Part shown: positions 1-14,217 of the stretch, piece after piece
Numbering within the stretch: the first letter of the stretch is position 1
Layout: each line of letters begins with the position of its first letter
Source of the DNA: the human T2T-CHM13v2.0 reference genome, Homo sapiens
Direction: 5' to 3' (one strand)
NCBI RefSeq assembly: GCF_009914755.1
Contig: NC_060930.1
DNA: 64,000 bases
Made by a program: the position numbers and the translations under genes
Notes under the pieces: generated by a model
Told to the model about the DNA's origin: nothing
The model's database searches: none
What the model saw: the letters and a program-made list of their open reading frames with translations, nothing else

Positions 1-2369
1 AAAATGGAACATATGTGGTCAAACCTCTGTGATACTTGTTTATGAAGACTGTAAGGGTTGGAGTTTCCTGATGTGTGAAATGCAGCCCTACTAATGTAAG
101 GGTATAGTCTGCCTGAGTTTTTCAGGAGTGGGCTCAGGGAGGATGCTTTCAAACCCTTTCAAACAGTTAGGAATTCTGGAGCTTTCAACTAGTCATGGAA
201 AAATTGAGTTTTGTTGTACATTGAGCACCTGTGATGAGAGGGGAAAAGGCAGTTTCATTGGTTTACTTAAGTCAGCAGAGAAGGCTGCTGTGCACAGCTT
301 CCATTGCATCATTCAAAAAGAGAGTTTGTGTGGGAACTTTGCAAGTCAGTTTCCCTGTATGAAGTGATGGAGAGAGTGATTAAGATACTGAGCTTTCTCT
401 GTGTTCTTGCCGTTAACCATTGCCGGTTTGTGGGAGATTAAGAAGTCGATGCGTTTTATGGAGAATTAATTTATTTTGATATAGACAGATGGACGGGTCA
501 TGAAAATTTGTTGACATACTTTACTAAACTGCTACATTAGATCAAATATTCCAAAAAAAAAAAAAAAGGGGTTTGAAGAGACCCAGTGACTTACAGGGTA
601 TACTTTTATCACTGATGTGAGAAGACATATGAACACATTGAACTTAAAACAGTAGCAAACCCAGAGCATGGCTCAGCTGTTTGCAGACCAGCAGGGCAGA
701 CACAGCTGTGCTTATACATTATGCTTGTAGGAGCTGGGGGCTGTGCTCAGTCCTCATCTCAGAACCCACCCACGACATGTGGATGCAGGGACGTCTCACA
801 ATTTTAGAAGAGATTCACAGTTTTTCTTGGGCCCAATCCTGACTTAAATTCCTATAGCTGCTTTTGGAATATACACCTCTTCTCATTCCTGTTCAAAATT
901 TGGATTCTCTACCTATTTTGTAGGCTTGTGGGAAGGATTAAACCAGACAATATTTATAAAGTTCCCATCCACTTACCGATGCACAATAAATTCTTGGCAA
1001 AATGAGTCCCCTCCCCTCCGTGAAAAAATAAAACGTATTGATAGAGGGAAAGGAATTTGTCCAGAGATGCAAAGCACTGGTGCTGTCAGCGGCTTTCTCA
1101 GGCTTTTTCCTTCCAGCAGTTTTCACCCGAGACAACCCCAAAGTGTCCTTTTACCTTTTAGTAGGACATGCAGTTGTGAGGGAGAGTCAGGTTTTCCTTG
1201 TTTATGCTTCCATAGTTTTTACCCTGCAGACCCTGAATATTTTTGCCCTTAGAACATAAAAAGGAGAGATAATGAAGCAGCCTGTTGTCACTAAGGAATA
1301 GAACCTTTACCTGTTGTTCCCATGACAGTGTAACAATACACAGGATCAACATGTGACAAGAATCTTTTTATTCCTTGTAAACCAAGAAACGAAAAGTCAT
1401 CTTATAAGCTGAGACATTTTAAGAGAACAGGCCCATGGTGTTTTCACCCCTTTGCTCTGTTGTTTTTTGGTTTTTGTTTCCAGGATGGGTAAAGAAACAG
1501 GTTATAGAGGTTTCCTGGAACACCTGTGTGAGGATCTCCCTGGATGCTGGGTGTTGGAGAGCTAACGCTGCACAGCCTGTTGGTGGGAAGAGTGAACAGA
1601 CGGTTGGTTGCATGTTGATAGGAGCTGTGGACACTCTAGTAAATACAGAGCTCTCCTTAGGGGGAAAATGCTTTAGCTTTAGATGTTTTGACTTTAGATC
1701 TTATTGCTGGGGTTTCAGACTTTTAGAGAGGCGCAGCTTGACTAAGATTAGCCAAAGCAGCATCTTAATTGAACGAGTGACAGCTATTGGGACAACCAGA
1801 TATAATTAACTCTGATGTTTTAGAATTCCTTTTCCATTCTTTGATTGGTTCGCTTGCGTTTTGATCCTTAATGATGTGTGCTCAGTGAATTACACTAGAA
1901 GAGAAATGTCTGTGTTTATATTCAATGTTACCAGATTATTCTTTTTGTCGAGGGCCAGGGCATTTTCACCTCATGGAAAGATGGATTGGTAAGGAACAGG
2001 CTGTACTCTGCTAAGTATGTTTTCAGTAACAGCTAGTAACATCACAAATTCAGGGTCAGAATAAACTATCACAGACTAGACAAGTATTTGTGATGTTAGG
2101 AAATGGAGTAGAGTATGCAGATGGACTCATAAGATAATTAGTAAGTGAAAATGAACTTATATCAGTCTTGAAGCAAACTCACTACCTCCTTATCTGTGTG
2201 TAGTTTTTTGCATGTGATATTCCTGACTTGGGGAATAGTTGGAAATTTACCAGATTTTCATATTGTTACTTCCTTCTAATCTCTTTATTTCTATAAATTT
2301 GGAGATGATATAAAAATATGGCCTATTACTAAGAAATCAAAAGTTATGTATTGTGCCTTTCTAGTCACT

Positions 2370-2525
2370 TGCTCTTTGTGTCTTCTGGGTAAGTCATTTA
2401 AATTTCCTGAACCTCAGTTTTTCTCATCTGTAAAGGGGATATGCCTACTTAGTAAATTGCTATGGGATCAAATGAGATAAATGTATGTGGAAATGCCTTT
2501 GACACTCGGAAGTTCTTTATAAATA
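2370..2525 (+). mobile_element. MIR SINE fragment
   Basis: MIR core-like GGGTAAGTCATTTAAATTTCCTGAACCTCAGTTTTTCTCATCTGTAAA...AAATGAGATAA. Confidence 0.75.
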
Positions 2526-2779
2526 GAATTCTGTTATGCACAGAGAATGAAAGGGCAGTCTAGAGTAAGTGAAGAACATACCTGCTGCCTTTTCAAAGTC
2601 TAACCACTTACCCCCCAAATAGGTACTTGCAAAGGAATGTTTCCTCTTCCAGGCATGCACGCCTCATATCAGTCTTCCTTTACTCATCTTATCACTGCTT
2701 CTATTATTTTGGAACCTTAGGACATTAGGTGACAGACACTGTTTTATGGAGCATACTGAAGAACTGTTTGAAAAGTATC

Positions 2780-3088
<309 letters not shown>

Positions 3089-3137
3089 TTATTGTGGGCT
3101 CAAATAAGACTGGGTCAGTTAGTAGAAGCAAATAGAA

Positions 3138-3235
3138 CTCCCCTCTCCTCCCTTCCCCTCCCCTCTCCTTTCTCTTTCCTTCCCTCTCCTTCCCCTGTCC
3201 TTTCTCTCTCCTTTCCCTCTCCTCTTCCTTCTTTT
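3138..3235. repeat. CT-rich low-complexity tract (extended tail of the adjacent minus-strand Alu)
   Basis: About 95 nt of near-pure pyrimidine. Confidence 0.8.
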
Positions 3236-3522
3236 TTATTGAGACAGGGTCTTGCTCTGTTACCCAGGCTGTAGTGCAGGGATGTGATCTCTGCTCACTG
3301 CAGCCTTGACCTCCCAGGCTCAAGTGATCATCCCACCTCAGCCTCCTGAGTAGCTGGGCCCACAGGTGCATACCACCATGCCCAACTAATTTTTTAAAAT
3401 TATTTGTAGAGACAGGATCTTGCCGTGTTGCTCAGACTGGTCTCAAACTCCTGGGCTTAAGCAGTCCTCCTGCCTTGGCCTCTCAAAGTGGTGGGATTAT
3501 AGGTGTGAGCCACGGTGCCCAC
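3232..3522 (-). mobile_element. Alu (AluJ-type)
   Basis: GAGACAGGGTCTTGCTCTG and CTCCTGGGCTTAAGCAGTCCTCC J-type positions. Confidence 0.9.
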
Positions 3523-5109
3523 TCCCTTTTTTCTTTTATGTTTTTTCTGTTTTCCTCTTCCCCCACTTTTTTGAGCATATATACTAAAATTTTGCATATC
3601 AGCCCAGATTTTGAGATCAAATTGTGGGTACAAGAATTTGGATCCATTTTATCCAAAAAATGATATTTTACATTTTATTTTCAAGATAGATGAGCTGGTT
3701 TATAAACATGTATCTAATCTATTTTTTTTTTTTGGCCTTTGAAGCTTAAGAAGTTGAATAAATATCACTATGCTTATTCTGACCTTGCACCCATTATGTT
3801 TGTTGGAATCAGGTCCTCCTGCAGTTTTATTTTCATTTTTACACCTTTTTGATCATCACCACACTGCGAGTTAGTTTAGGACGGTGATTTGAAGCAATTG
3901 CTTCTGTTGAGTTTACTTGATGATCTTCCTTGCAGACACGTCCACTTACTTATCATGTAAAAATTATTTACCTATCATACATAACGACACAATCCTTGCC
4001 ATAAGTGCATGCTAAGTAAGAGATTAGCATGCTGGCATTTAGAAAGGTTCCTCCCCCTTGTTCCTTTAAATGTATTTTGTTGTTCTGTGTGGCATCAAAT
4101 TTATACTTGTCCTTTTCTTTTAAAGACAAGTTGTGGGAAGGAAAAGACAAGATCATAACATTAAGATTGAATGTGTTTCTCAATCTTCGCATCCTTAACT
4201 AGTTTCTTTGATGTATTCGAGTTTGCTATAAAATGTGAGGGGAGGAAGAAAGGCAACCAGTGATAATCAAAGGGGAAGAAAGATCAGGGTAGGACTCGGT
4301 GACATTTGAGGGTAAGTTTGGGAGCTGTTGCAAGAGTTATTGCTGCCTGTGACTATTTGGCCTGGCTACATGTCAGAGCCATTAACTTCAGAATAACAGA
4401 GGCTTTAAGAGAATGTACTCTTTTAGAAAACTCCTCATTAATTTAATTTATGGAAGGGGAGGGGAGTTGAGGAGCAGGGAGCGGGAAGCTTGCGGTTTCA
4501 CCGGTGCCTAGAGTTTAAGTTAAAAAAGAAACAAAAAAAGTACAAAAGCTGAGAATGCTGGATTATATGAAAGATTTAAAAAAATCCCCTGCTCTGTCTC
4601 TGGTGGCCTCAGAGCCTGTCCTGCTTGAGAAGGAATTGCCTCCTCAGTGATGGCTTTTGGAGCTCAACCCCTAACATGGATCCCAGCTGGGAAATCTTCA
4701 GCTCTAATTAAGCTTGGCTTGTTTTGATTCTCTTCCAGCCTTGTGGTTGAATAGCTTTGTGTATGCAGCCTTTTGCTAACAAGTTTTCCCACAGTCAGGA
4801 AAACCTTCGTCTTCAGTGTCAATCATTACCTGGAAGTCTTTGGCTGCCATCTCACAGGAAGTGGCTAACTTGTCTACATGACTCTCCCTCTTGCCCCCTG
4901 GCCTCCCCCAACAGATTTCACCATATTTTGGGAGTGGAAGGAATACAGCTATCGTTACTCATAGAAGAACGGGAAAAGACAGTGTTGTCTGGGTCCATGG
5001 AGCCACAAGAACACACCAGGATTGATCATTCCTCTTTCTCTTAATTGTCTTTTGCCTTGCCCTCCCCTGCTAGGATAGAAGAGGTAGGATAAGATGGATG
5101 GGGATGGAA

Positions 5110-5340
5110 TTTATTAAATAAATTATTCAAAAATACTTGTTAAACCTATCTACTGTTTGCCATATGCTAAGACCCAAAGGAGGGAAGAGTGTCATCATGC
5201 CAAGTCATGGGATGGCAGTGATGGTATTGCTATGGTGCTGTGTATACAAGACCATGAGAGCAAGAGGAAGGAGCCCAGTGTGTGGCCTGGGAGGGTCAAG
5301 GGAAACTGGATTCAGGAAATGCCATTTTGGCTAAGAACTA
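5110..5340 (-). mobile_element. L2 3' end fragment
   Basis: TTATTCAAAAATACTTGTTAAACCTATCTACTGTTTGCCA resembles the reverse complement of the L2 3' terminus. Confidence 0.55.
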
Positions 5341-5382
5341 TAGAGTCAATACACATTTGCAAGGTTTTAAAGTGAAAATGGA

Positions 5383-5680
5383 GGCCAGGCATGGTGGCTC
5401 ACGCTTGTAGTCCCAGCAATTTTTGAGGCCGAGGCGGGCGGATCACCTGAGGTCAGGAGTTCGAGACCAGCCTGGCCAACATAGTGAAACCCTGTCTCTA
5501 CTAAAAATACAAAAATTAGCCGGACGTGGTGGCACGCATCTGTAATCCCAGCTACTCAGTAGGCTGAGGCAGGAGAATCACTTGGACCCAGGAGGTGGAG
5601 GTTGCAGTGAGCCGAGATTGCACCACTGCCTGGGCGACAGAGCGAGACTCTGTCTTAAAAAAACACACACACACAAAAAA
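5383..5680 (+). mobile_element. Alu (AluSx-type)
   Basis: Full dimer, small right-arm deletion, A/CA tail. Confidence 0.95.
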
Positions 5681-5739
5681 CTAAAATTGTTCATATGATT
5701 GGGCTGGATGCTAGATTGTTTGGGAGATGAAGTTGTACG

Positions 5740-6453
5740 CTCTGGGGGTGTTTTGGAAACTCATGCAATACTTTCTTTGGTCACAGTGATTGGAAGGCGC
5801 TTCTGGCATTGAATGAGCAAAGCCCAGGCAGCAGGTACGATGCAATGTACAAGATAGTTCTGCACATGAAGAATTGTCCTGTGTTTAACACGATTATTCT
5901 CAAGCGTCTCAACAGATATTTATGTAAAGTTAATTACAGAACCTGTCTATAAGAGTTTGAGCTAGAACCTAACTTTGTTTTACATATAGGTACAAAGTAT
6001 TTGTTGCCAGGCTTAATGCACACTGAATTTTCCAGGAATAAAACTACTTTGTCAGTTGGGGAAAGATTGCGCATCGTTTTATGTGGACCTTTACTAAATA
6101 CTGTTCACAATTTAGAGAAATTGTGTCAGCCATGGCCACACCACTTTGGAAATTTGAATGATCGATAAAACATACTGTGTGGATCTGTGTTTGGAGCTGT
6201 ATTCACGGTGATTCCATGCACACAGCTACTTCATGGTGTCTTCTGTTGGCAGTTTTGTGCCAATATGTAAAAACAAAAGTTATGTTATTATCAATTCCAT
6301 TCCCCCCTTTTTCTTCTATACTTAAGATATTATACTGATTTACTTTTAAAAATTATTACGCAGGTAGGTTATATACTACTTACGATTTTTATTTCAAGAC
6401 AGAAAAGTGTGTTATAAAAAGGGACTTGGGATTGATAGGCTTGAAAACCCCTG
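5740..6453 (+). mobile_element. MER20B-like hAT/Charlie non-autonomous DNA transposon
   Basis: Collinear with the remembered MER20B consensus (GAAGAATTGTCC, CTAGAACCTAAC, CACTGAATTTTCCAGGAAT, ATTCACGGTGATTC); ends at TIR-like GGCTTGAAAACCCCTG. Confidence 0.75.
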
Positions 6454-6510
6454 CCTAGATCTCGAAGTACCTTGTATACTATTAAAAGGAGCTATGTATT
6501 TTATAGTCCT

Positions 6511-7024
6511 TGAAGTATACCCTTCAAACTATCTACATAAGAGTCACCTGGTGAGCATTTTCAAACTTCAGGGTCCTGGGCCCATTTTAGAACTACTGAA
6601 TTCCTTGTGGGAGACTTGAATCTATCTTATGTCACCCTCTCCCCAACCTACACGTGACTTTTTTTTTTTTTCTTTCTTTCTTTTTTTTTTTTGAGACGGA
6701 GTCTTGCTCTGTTGCCCAGGCTGGAGTGCAGTTGCATGATCTCGGCTCACTACAGCCTCTGCCTCCCGGGTCAAGCAATTCTCCTGCCTCAGCCTCCCAA
6801 GTAGCTGGGATTACAGGTGCCCGCCACTACGCCCAGCTAATTTTTTGTATTTTTAGTAGAGAGGGGGTTTCGCCATGTTGGCTAGGCAGGTCTCAAACTC
6901 ATGACCTCAGGTGATCTGCCCGCCTCGGCCTCCCAAAGTGCTGGGATTACAGGTGTGAGCCACCATGCCTGGCCCCCAACCTACACAGGACTCTTATCCC
7001 TCTAACATTTGAGAATGCACTGCT
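6511..7024. mobile_element. MER5-type DNA transposon fragment split by an Alu
   Basis: GAGTCACCTGGTGAGCATTTT...CCTGGGCCC...CTACTGAAT, continuing as TTTGAGAATGCACTG after the Alu. Confidence 0.5.
6659..6974 (-). mobile_element. Alu (AluSx-type) with ~19-bp TSD
   Basis: TSD CCCCAACCTACACGTGACT (6641) / CCCCAACCTACACAGGACT (6974). Confidence 0.95.
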
Positions 7025-7101
7025 ATAGAATTTCTCTAAATTTAAGAATTTAGAGAAATGGAGGGATATAAACAGGTTTTAAGGTTAAAAATAATACTCT
7101 G

Positions 7102-7480
<379 letters not shown>

Positions 7481-7619
7481 CTATTGTAATGTTCTAGTTG
7501 AAAAATTTTGATGAAATACAGCATGGTATGTGGTAGACATGGGTGAGAGAAGTTATTATGAAGTAAAATGATACAATGTAGTGATAGCATTGGCAGAATA
7601 AAAGAGAATAAAGCTAGAT

Positions 7620-7895
7620 TAAAGATAACAAAGGATGGTTTTTGCTAGGTAAATGGTGTTATCATTTATCAAGTTGGGGATTTCATTGGGGTGGGTGGCT
7701 AGTCTGTGGTTTCTGGTTTGGGCATGCTGACATTTAGTTTCCTGTCATACCTGTCAGTGGAGATTGGGTATATACAGATATGATTTAGTTTAGGAGAACC
7801 ATCTCCTAGAGATAAGCATTAGGGAATCATTCACATATGGATGGTAGTTGAAGCCATTCAAATGGTAGAGATTTTGCCCAGGGAGTACACAGAAT
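7620..7895 (-). mobile_element. L2 fragment
   Basis: GGTTTGGGCATGCTGA...GTGGAGAT...GGGAATCAT...GATGGTAGTTGAAGCCAT, typical of antisense L2. Confidence 0.65.
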
Positions 7896-8105
7896 GTCCA
7901 CATACAGGATGATATATATGTGGGCTTCTTCTCCTTGTTTCTAAGTGAATTTTACTCCCATAATATTCAGGACTCCTTTTAGATATGATAGTTTTAATTA
8001 TTGAAGATAATGTAGTTCCGTTGTAGCTCCATATCTTTGCTGAATAAGCTTAATTGGGATGTGGTGTGGGAAACCCATACACTTTCAGACATATAGCATG
8101 CCGCT

Positions 8106-8404
8106 TGTTTTTTTTTGTTTGGAGACAGAGTCTTGCTCAGTCGCTCAGGCTGGAGTGCAGTGGCATGATCTTGGCTCACTGCAGCCTCCACCTCCAGGGT
8201 TCAAGCTATTCTCCCTGTCTCAGCCTCCTGAGTAGCTGGGATTACAGGCGTCCACCACCACCCGGCTAATTTTTGTATTTTTTTAGTAGAGACGGGGTTT
8301 CACCATGTTGGCCAGGCTGGTCTTGAACTCCTGACCTCAGGTGATCTGCCCACCTTGACCTCTCAAGGTGTTGGAATTACAGTTGTGAGCCATGGCGCCT
8401 GGCC
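8106..8404 (-). mobile_element. Alu (AluS-type)
   Basis: Full antisense dimer. Confidence 0.95.
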
Positions 8405-10195
8405 AACATCCCTCTTGTTGTTTAGTCCAGCCTCGGGACAAAGGATGTGCCTGGAAAAGACTAATGATATAGTTTATGATACGGTAAAAAAAAAAAAAAA
8501 GGTTATAGTGAAAACAGCTGCCAGTCTACAAAATTAGTGTGGTTTATAGAACTTGCATCTTACAGATCTATTGATTATTAAGACCCCAAACCAATTGGTT
8601 TTTACTTGCCTCTGCATTTTTTTCCTTAAAGAATACACATACCCTAGTCTTTGAAGTGTATAATTTATTTGGGTTGGGGTATCTTCTCTAAGGAGATTCT
8701 AGCTTCGTTGTCTGATAGTCATTTTCCATGCAGTTCCTTCCTTTCCAGGCATTCACATTTAAATTGACAAAGACATGTAAAATTTAACACAAATAGACTG
8801 ATGTCTTTGTTTAGCCATTGACCTCTGAGTGTCAAATATCACAGGTTCTTTCTGTTTTTGTCTTTCTCTTTCTTTCATTATGACAAGTGGCACTATCAAG
8901 TTTTTCCTTACATGAACGCTTCCTATTTCTCTCCTTCCTCTGATAATTTAGAAACAAGTTTGGCAAGTGCTTTTTCGAACTTTCCGTCGTCAATACTGAA
9001 TGCCTTTAGTTAGAAGTCTATGATTCCAGTCTTCCCTATGGTTTTCACTCTTGGCGATTTCACTTTAATGGTTTAAAATCACAAAGTTCTGGGCTCTGGG
9101 GACTGACTTCATAGGGGAGAGTCTACGTATTTAAAAGCATTTTTGCAGTGCCAGCTGTGGCTAATGTTGTGTCAGCATTTCCATCATCATAATTCCCAAC
9201 ATTCGAGGGTTTATAACGAGACTGTTAAATTTCACCACAAAATGAAGCTTGGTATGCAAGAATTGAGCCTGAAGCAAACTTTTTCATTTTTAAAAAAATG
9301 TAGTTTGTCTATAAAGCCACTAATAAAGAAGCAAAGCTAGTGATTATTGTTGTTACACTACCCAAACTGCTTGGTTTACTTAATACTTCAGGGACATTAG
9401 ACTGTAATGTAAGGCAATCACTCCAGGAGTCTGCAGAAAAAACAGAGTATGAATGTGGGTGATATTTAATTTCGGAGGGTGTCTGAACATTAGAAAACAT
9501 TTTCTTCTCAATTTTAGGATAATTTTCTAGCCTTGTTTATCTAAATGTCCTGTGGGGAAGCAAAAATGTTTGGGGCCCATGATAATGAACTCAGTATAAA
9601 TATGCAAATGCTTAAAACCTCAAGCAGGTCCCTTTCCTCCAACCTCAGAGCAAGAGAAATGACAGGCATGTCGATGAGGGTGCAGTACAGCATGGGACTG
9701 GCCATCGAGCTGCTACAATCTTCATTTAAAAATGTTCTTTCATTCCCATGAAATGTTGATCCTTAAGGACCACTGTAGGGAGAGCAGATACCTAGAGAAT
9801 TTTTTTTTCCTTGCGGTAATGATGATTGATTTCTGCAGATACCTCCCCATTCTCTGGCTCCGACCTCCCTTGTGACTGGCAGGAAGCATATGCAAGATGC
9901 TAATTTGAGTTAAGCACAAAATCTATGGCCTTGCAACAGAAACAGCATGATTCACATATGGATGAACCCATGGCTCTGGCCTCTTTAGTGCTCCATACTT
10001 AAATCACCCAAATGACTTAGCCCGCAGGTTAATGGAATGAAAGCTAAAGATAACCTTGTGAGGGTCAAGTCGGCCAGCCTTGTCTTCCCTTTACAGTGTT
10101 CAGAGATATTCATTCTATTGTTCTTCCTCTTTTTACCTCATATTGGCTCTTTTAGCCATATTCTCTCCATTTTCATCACCTCTTCTGGGTGTATT

Positions 10196-10511
10196 TTCTT
10201 TTTCTTTCTTTTTTTTTTTCTTTTTTTTGAGATGGGGTCTCACTCTGTCACCCAGGCTGGAGTGCAGTGGTGTGATATCAGTTCACGGCAGCCTACGCCT
10301 CCAGGACTCAAGTAATCCTCCCACTTCAGCGTCCCGACTAGCTGAGACCACCACAGGTGAGCGCCACCACTGCCGGCTAATTTTTTGTATTTTGGTAGAG
10401 AGGGTTTTACCATGTTGCCCACCCTGGTCTTGAACTCCTGAGCTCAAGTGATCTGCCCACCTCGGCCTCCCAAAGTGCTGGGATTACAGGCGTGTGCCGC
10501 CGCGCCTAGCC
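10196..10511 (-). mobile_element. Alu (AluJb-type) with perfect TSD
   Basis: TSD TTCTGGGTGTATTTTCT on both sides. Confidence 0.95.
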
Positions 10512-10675
10512 TTCTGGGTGTATTTTCTTCTTTCCCTTCTTCCTTACTCCAAATAGTCCAGACTGAGGAACTGTTTGTAGAGAGTCTGCTAGGTACTAAG
10601 TGAAAAGCTCGGCTTTCACATACATGCACTACAACATTTGAGCGGATGGGTGCAGATTGATAGATAATGAAGTAA

Positions 10676-10752
10676 TATATAATTTGTATATACATATGTG
10701 TGTGCATACATACACATATATAATATATATACCTGTATGTATATACATTTAT
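10676..10752. repeat. Degenerate (TA/CA/TG)n simple repeat
   Basis: Alternating purine-pyrimidine tract. Confidence 0.7.
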
Positions 10753-11089
10753 AATCTGACTGCAGACACCCTCAGCAACTCAGTAACAAACAGTTATGCT
10801 GTTTAGGTTACAGAGTTGCAAAAAACTGTAATGAGTTAGAAAAAGGTGTTCCTTTTGGCCTCAGGGTGTGTGGTTTGGCAAGCAGGTGAGGGCTGGCTGT
10901 GTGTCCCTACTCCCGCCCTGGGTTGGGCATGATTGTGTAGGGGACATCTTGCACAGCCTTATGAGCAGCCCTGAGAATGTCATTGATTGGCATTAATATT
11001 TCTTTCAATGTGTCAGTTTTTCTTTTGTTATTCAAAACCGTCACAAATACTTAATGGATAATGAAGTATTGTTAATATAATGTAAGCTT

Positions 11090-11408
11090 CTTTTATTTTA
11101 TCTTAATTTACTTTATTTTTGAGACAAGGTCTCTGTTGTCCAGGCTGGAATGTAGTGGTGCCATCATAGCTCACTGCAGCCTCCAACTCCTGGGCTCAAG
11201 TGTTCCTCCTGCCTCAGCCTCCTGAGTAGATGGGACTACAGGTGTGCATCACCATGCCTAGCTAATTATTTATTTATTTTTAATTTTTTATAGAGACAGG
11301 GTCTTGCTATGTTGCCCAGGTGGATCTAGAGCTCTTGGCCTTAAGCGATCCTCCTACCTTGGCCTCCCAAAGTGCTGGAATTACAGGCATAAACCAAAGC
11401 ACCTAGCT
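11090..11408 (-). mobile_element. Alu (AluJo-type)
   Basis: CCATCATAGCTCACTGCAGCCTC...CTGGGCTCAAG J-type positions. Confidence 0.9.
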
Positions 11409-11768
11409 TCTTTCACTTTATACTTGAGAATGTATTAATATCTGAATTTTTAGACTATTAGAAGAGGCAAATGGTTAGAGGAATTGTTTGTGCAGACAAC
11501 TGGCTGTTCGTATTACAGTGTGATGATTTGTGGGCAAACATTAGCCAGGCCTCTGAGTGTAACCTAGGATTATTTTTCTCCCCCTCAGTAATTCGGAAGA
11601 TAACTTTCAAACACAGATATCTTTTTGGTACTGAACAATTAAGTTGTATGAATGCCATGACTAGGTCTTTTAGATTCCTACAGTTTGATGGTTGTTAGTT
11701 GAGATTATATGCGTGGATAAATAAGTATTTTAGTAATTATTTTATGTTTTTATGAAATTCACATCCTA

Positions 11769-12080
11769 GGCTGGGCGCTGTGGCTCAGGCTTGTAATCCC
11801 AGCACTTTGGGAGGCCGAGGTGAGTGGATCACCTGAGTTTAGGAGTTTGAGACCAGCCTGGCCAACATGGTGAAACCCCTTCTCTACTAAAAACACAAAA
11901 ATTAGCCAGGTGTGGTGGCATGCACTTGTAATCCCAGCTACTTGGGAGGCTGAGAGAGGAGAATCGCTTGAACCCGGGAGGCGGAGGTTGCAGTGAGCAA
12001 GATCACACCATTGCACTCCAGCCTGGGTGACAAGAGTGAAACTCTGTCTCCAAAAAAAAAAAAGAAAAAAAAAAAGAAAG
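11769..12080 (+). mobile_element. Alu (AluSq/Sx-type)
   Basis: Full dimer; TSD GAAATTCACATCCTA / GAAATTAATATCCTA. Confidence 0.95.
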
Positions 12081-12272
12081 AAATTAATATCCTAGTCTTT
12101 TCTCCAAATTTAGTGGCTTAACTATAATTAGAGAAAATGTTAGAACCAAAGAGCCCAGATAACAGGGAAACCAGGCTGGCTTTAGGACATTAAATTTATG
12201 GACCACTGTATGCATGTTAGGAAATCAGTGGGCTTTTTAACCTGCCTTCACCATGCTGGTCAAAGGACTCAC

Positions 12273-12912
12273 TTTTTTTTTTTAACCATTTTATTGAGAA
12301 AAAAATGTTTTATGTATTTCATGTAGAACTTGATGAATTCGGGGAGAAGTGTATAGCCTTGACAATTAAGGCATAAACTTAACACTTTCAGAAGTTTCCT
12401 CTGCTGCTTTTATTGATTTAGTTTTAAATTTCTTTTTGTTTTCTTTTTTTTTTTGAGATGGAGTCTTGCTATGTCACGCAGGCTGGAGTGCAATGGCACG
12501 ATCTTGGCTCACTACAATTATTTTTAAATTTCTAAAATTTTTTTTACTTTTGTGGTAAGAACATTTAACGTAAGTTCTATTTTCTTAGCAAAATGTTAGG
12601 TATAATAAAACATTATTGTTAACTAGAGGCCCTCTTTTGTCCAGAATTTATTCATCTTGCATATAAACACTTTGTACCTTTTGAATCACTCCTCCCCATT
12701 TCTCCCTTCTCCAGCAACTATTCTGGAAACCACCTTTCCACTCTTTGGTTCTACCACTTTGAATATTTCAGATTCCTTATAAAAGTGGGATCATGCAATA
12801 TTTGTGCTTCTGTGTCTGGCTTGTTTCACTCAGCTTAATGTCTTCTAGGTCCATCCATGTTGTTGCAAATGGCAGGCTATCCTTCTTTTCCAGGGTTGAA
12901 TAATATTCCATT
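12273..12912 (-). mobile_element. L1M (L1MA9/L1MB1-like) 3' end fragment
   Basis: GTGGTAAGAACATTTAAC...TTATTCATCTTGCATA...TGTGTCTGGCTTGTTTCACTCAGC...CCATCCATGTTGTTGCAAATGGCAGG. Confidence 0.85.
12433..12517 (-). mobile_element. Short 5'-truncated Alu inserted in L1M
   Basis: Only the 3' ~55 nt of Alu plus T tail; TSD-like TTTTAAATTTCT on both sides. Confidence 0.8.
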
Positions 12913-13708
12913 CAAACTCATTTATTTCTGTCTTCCTCCTGTGTGCCAAAAACATAATCCATGATGCTGACATAGCCATGTCCTCCTTTAATCTCAGCCA
13001 TAATTGATGTTGTAGACGTTCTCCGCTGACACATACGGGTAACGGACTACAAGAGAGAGAATATGAATCTGCTGCTGCCATTATGAGACCTTATTTTTAC
13101 ATGGAAACCAAATCATATTGAGTGAGATGCAAACTGCTTAGATGAAATGTTTATAAGAACCAATTTAGGTCATTATAAACAGAATGAATAACTTGATTAT
13201 CTCGAAGCATATTGTTTCAGAATAAGAAGTTAACTCTCGAGTTCTGTGTCTTTTTCCTTTGAAAATGATAAAGTAGTTCCTCAGCTCTGTGATTCACTTC
13301 CTGTTTTGGGGGACAGGATGTTGGATAAATGGTAAGGCCCAGACATGTCTACTCTTCTAGCTTTGCAAATGGGTCAAATTTCCCTTGTTTATTCAAGGAA
13401 CCAGGGATAAAGTTGCCTCTTGTCAAACTAGAGGAAACTTCTTAGAACAGAAGGCCATGCTTTAGGGATGTTTTAATCCATATATTCTTTTTATTCTGTG
13501 GCCTTGGCTTTACTCTGTTTCTATAATTTTCCCTTTTGGTTTGTCTTCTCTATGTCTTCTTTCTGTAATGACGAGTAGCAGTTGATCATATGTTGTCTAT
13601 AAGAAGATGAATGATTCACAGTAACTATGCATCTCCCCTATTCCCTTCCTAACAAAATTTTGGAGGCATGCAAAAATGAGTCTTTTAAATGAGATTTAAA
13701 ACTTTTCA

Positions 13709-13995
13709 GGCCGGGTGTGGTGGCTTATGCCTGTGATCCCATTACTTTGGGAAGCCGAGGCGGGTGGATCACTTGAGGTCAGGAGTTTGAGACCAGCCTG
13801 GCCAACGTGGTGAAACCCCGTCTCCACTAAAAATACAAAAAGTAGCCAAGCGTGGTGGCACATGCCTGTAGTTCCAGCTACTCAGGAGGCTGAGGCAGGA
13901 GAATCACTTGAACCTGGGAGGCAGAGGTTTCAGTGAGCCACTGCACTCTAGCCTGGTGAAAGAGAGAGACTCCATCTCAAACAAAACAAAACAAA
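13709..13995 (+). mobile_element. Alu (AluS-type)
   Basis: Full dimer with ~11-nt right-arm deletion. Confidence 0.95.
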
Positions 13996-14217
13996 TTTTC
14001 TTTCCTAAAGTCTCAAAGCTTTATTCGTTTCCATTGTACATTTCAAATGAACAATGAAACTAATACTTGTATTTGATTTGACTATTGATTTGTCACAAAT
14101 CCTACTCTTTTCTTGATGGTGAGGATTATAGGAAATTTTACTTGGGCTGGGGGCAGGTAAAGAAAGACAGTTGTTTTTTATGATATTGTTCTAATATGCA
14201 TATTTCCATATGCATAC

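Noticed and set aside
10900-10975. Possible MER91-like terminus (GCACAGCCTTATGAGCAGCCCTG)
   Set aside because: Too short and diverged to call without an HMM search.
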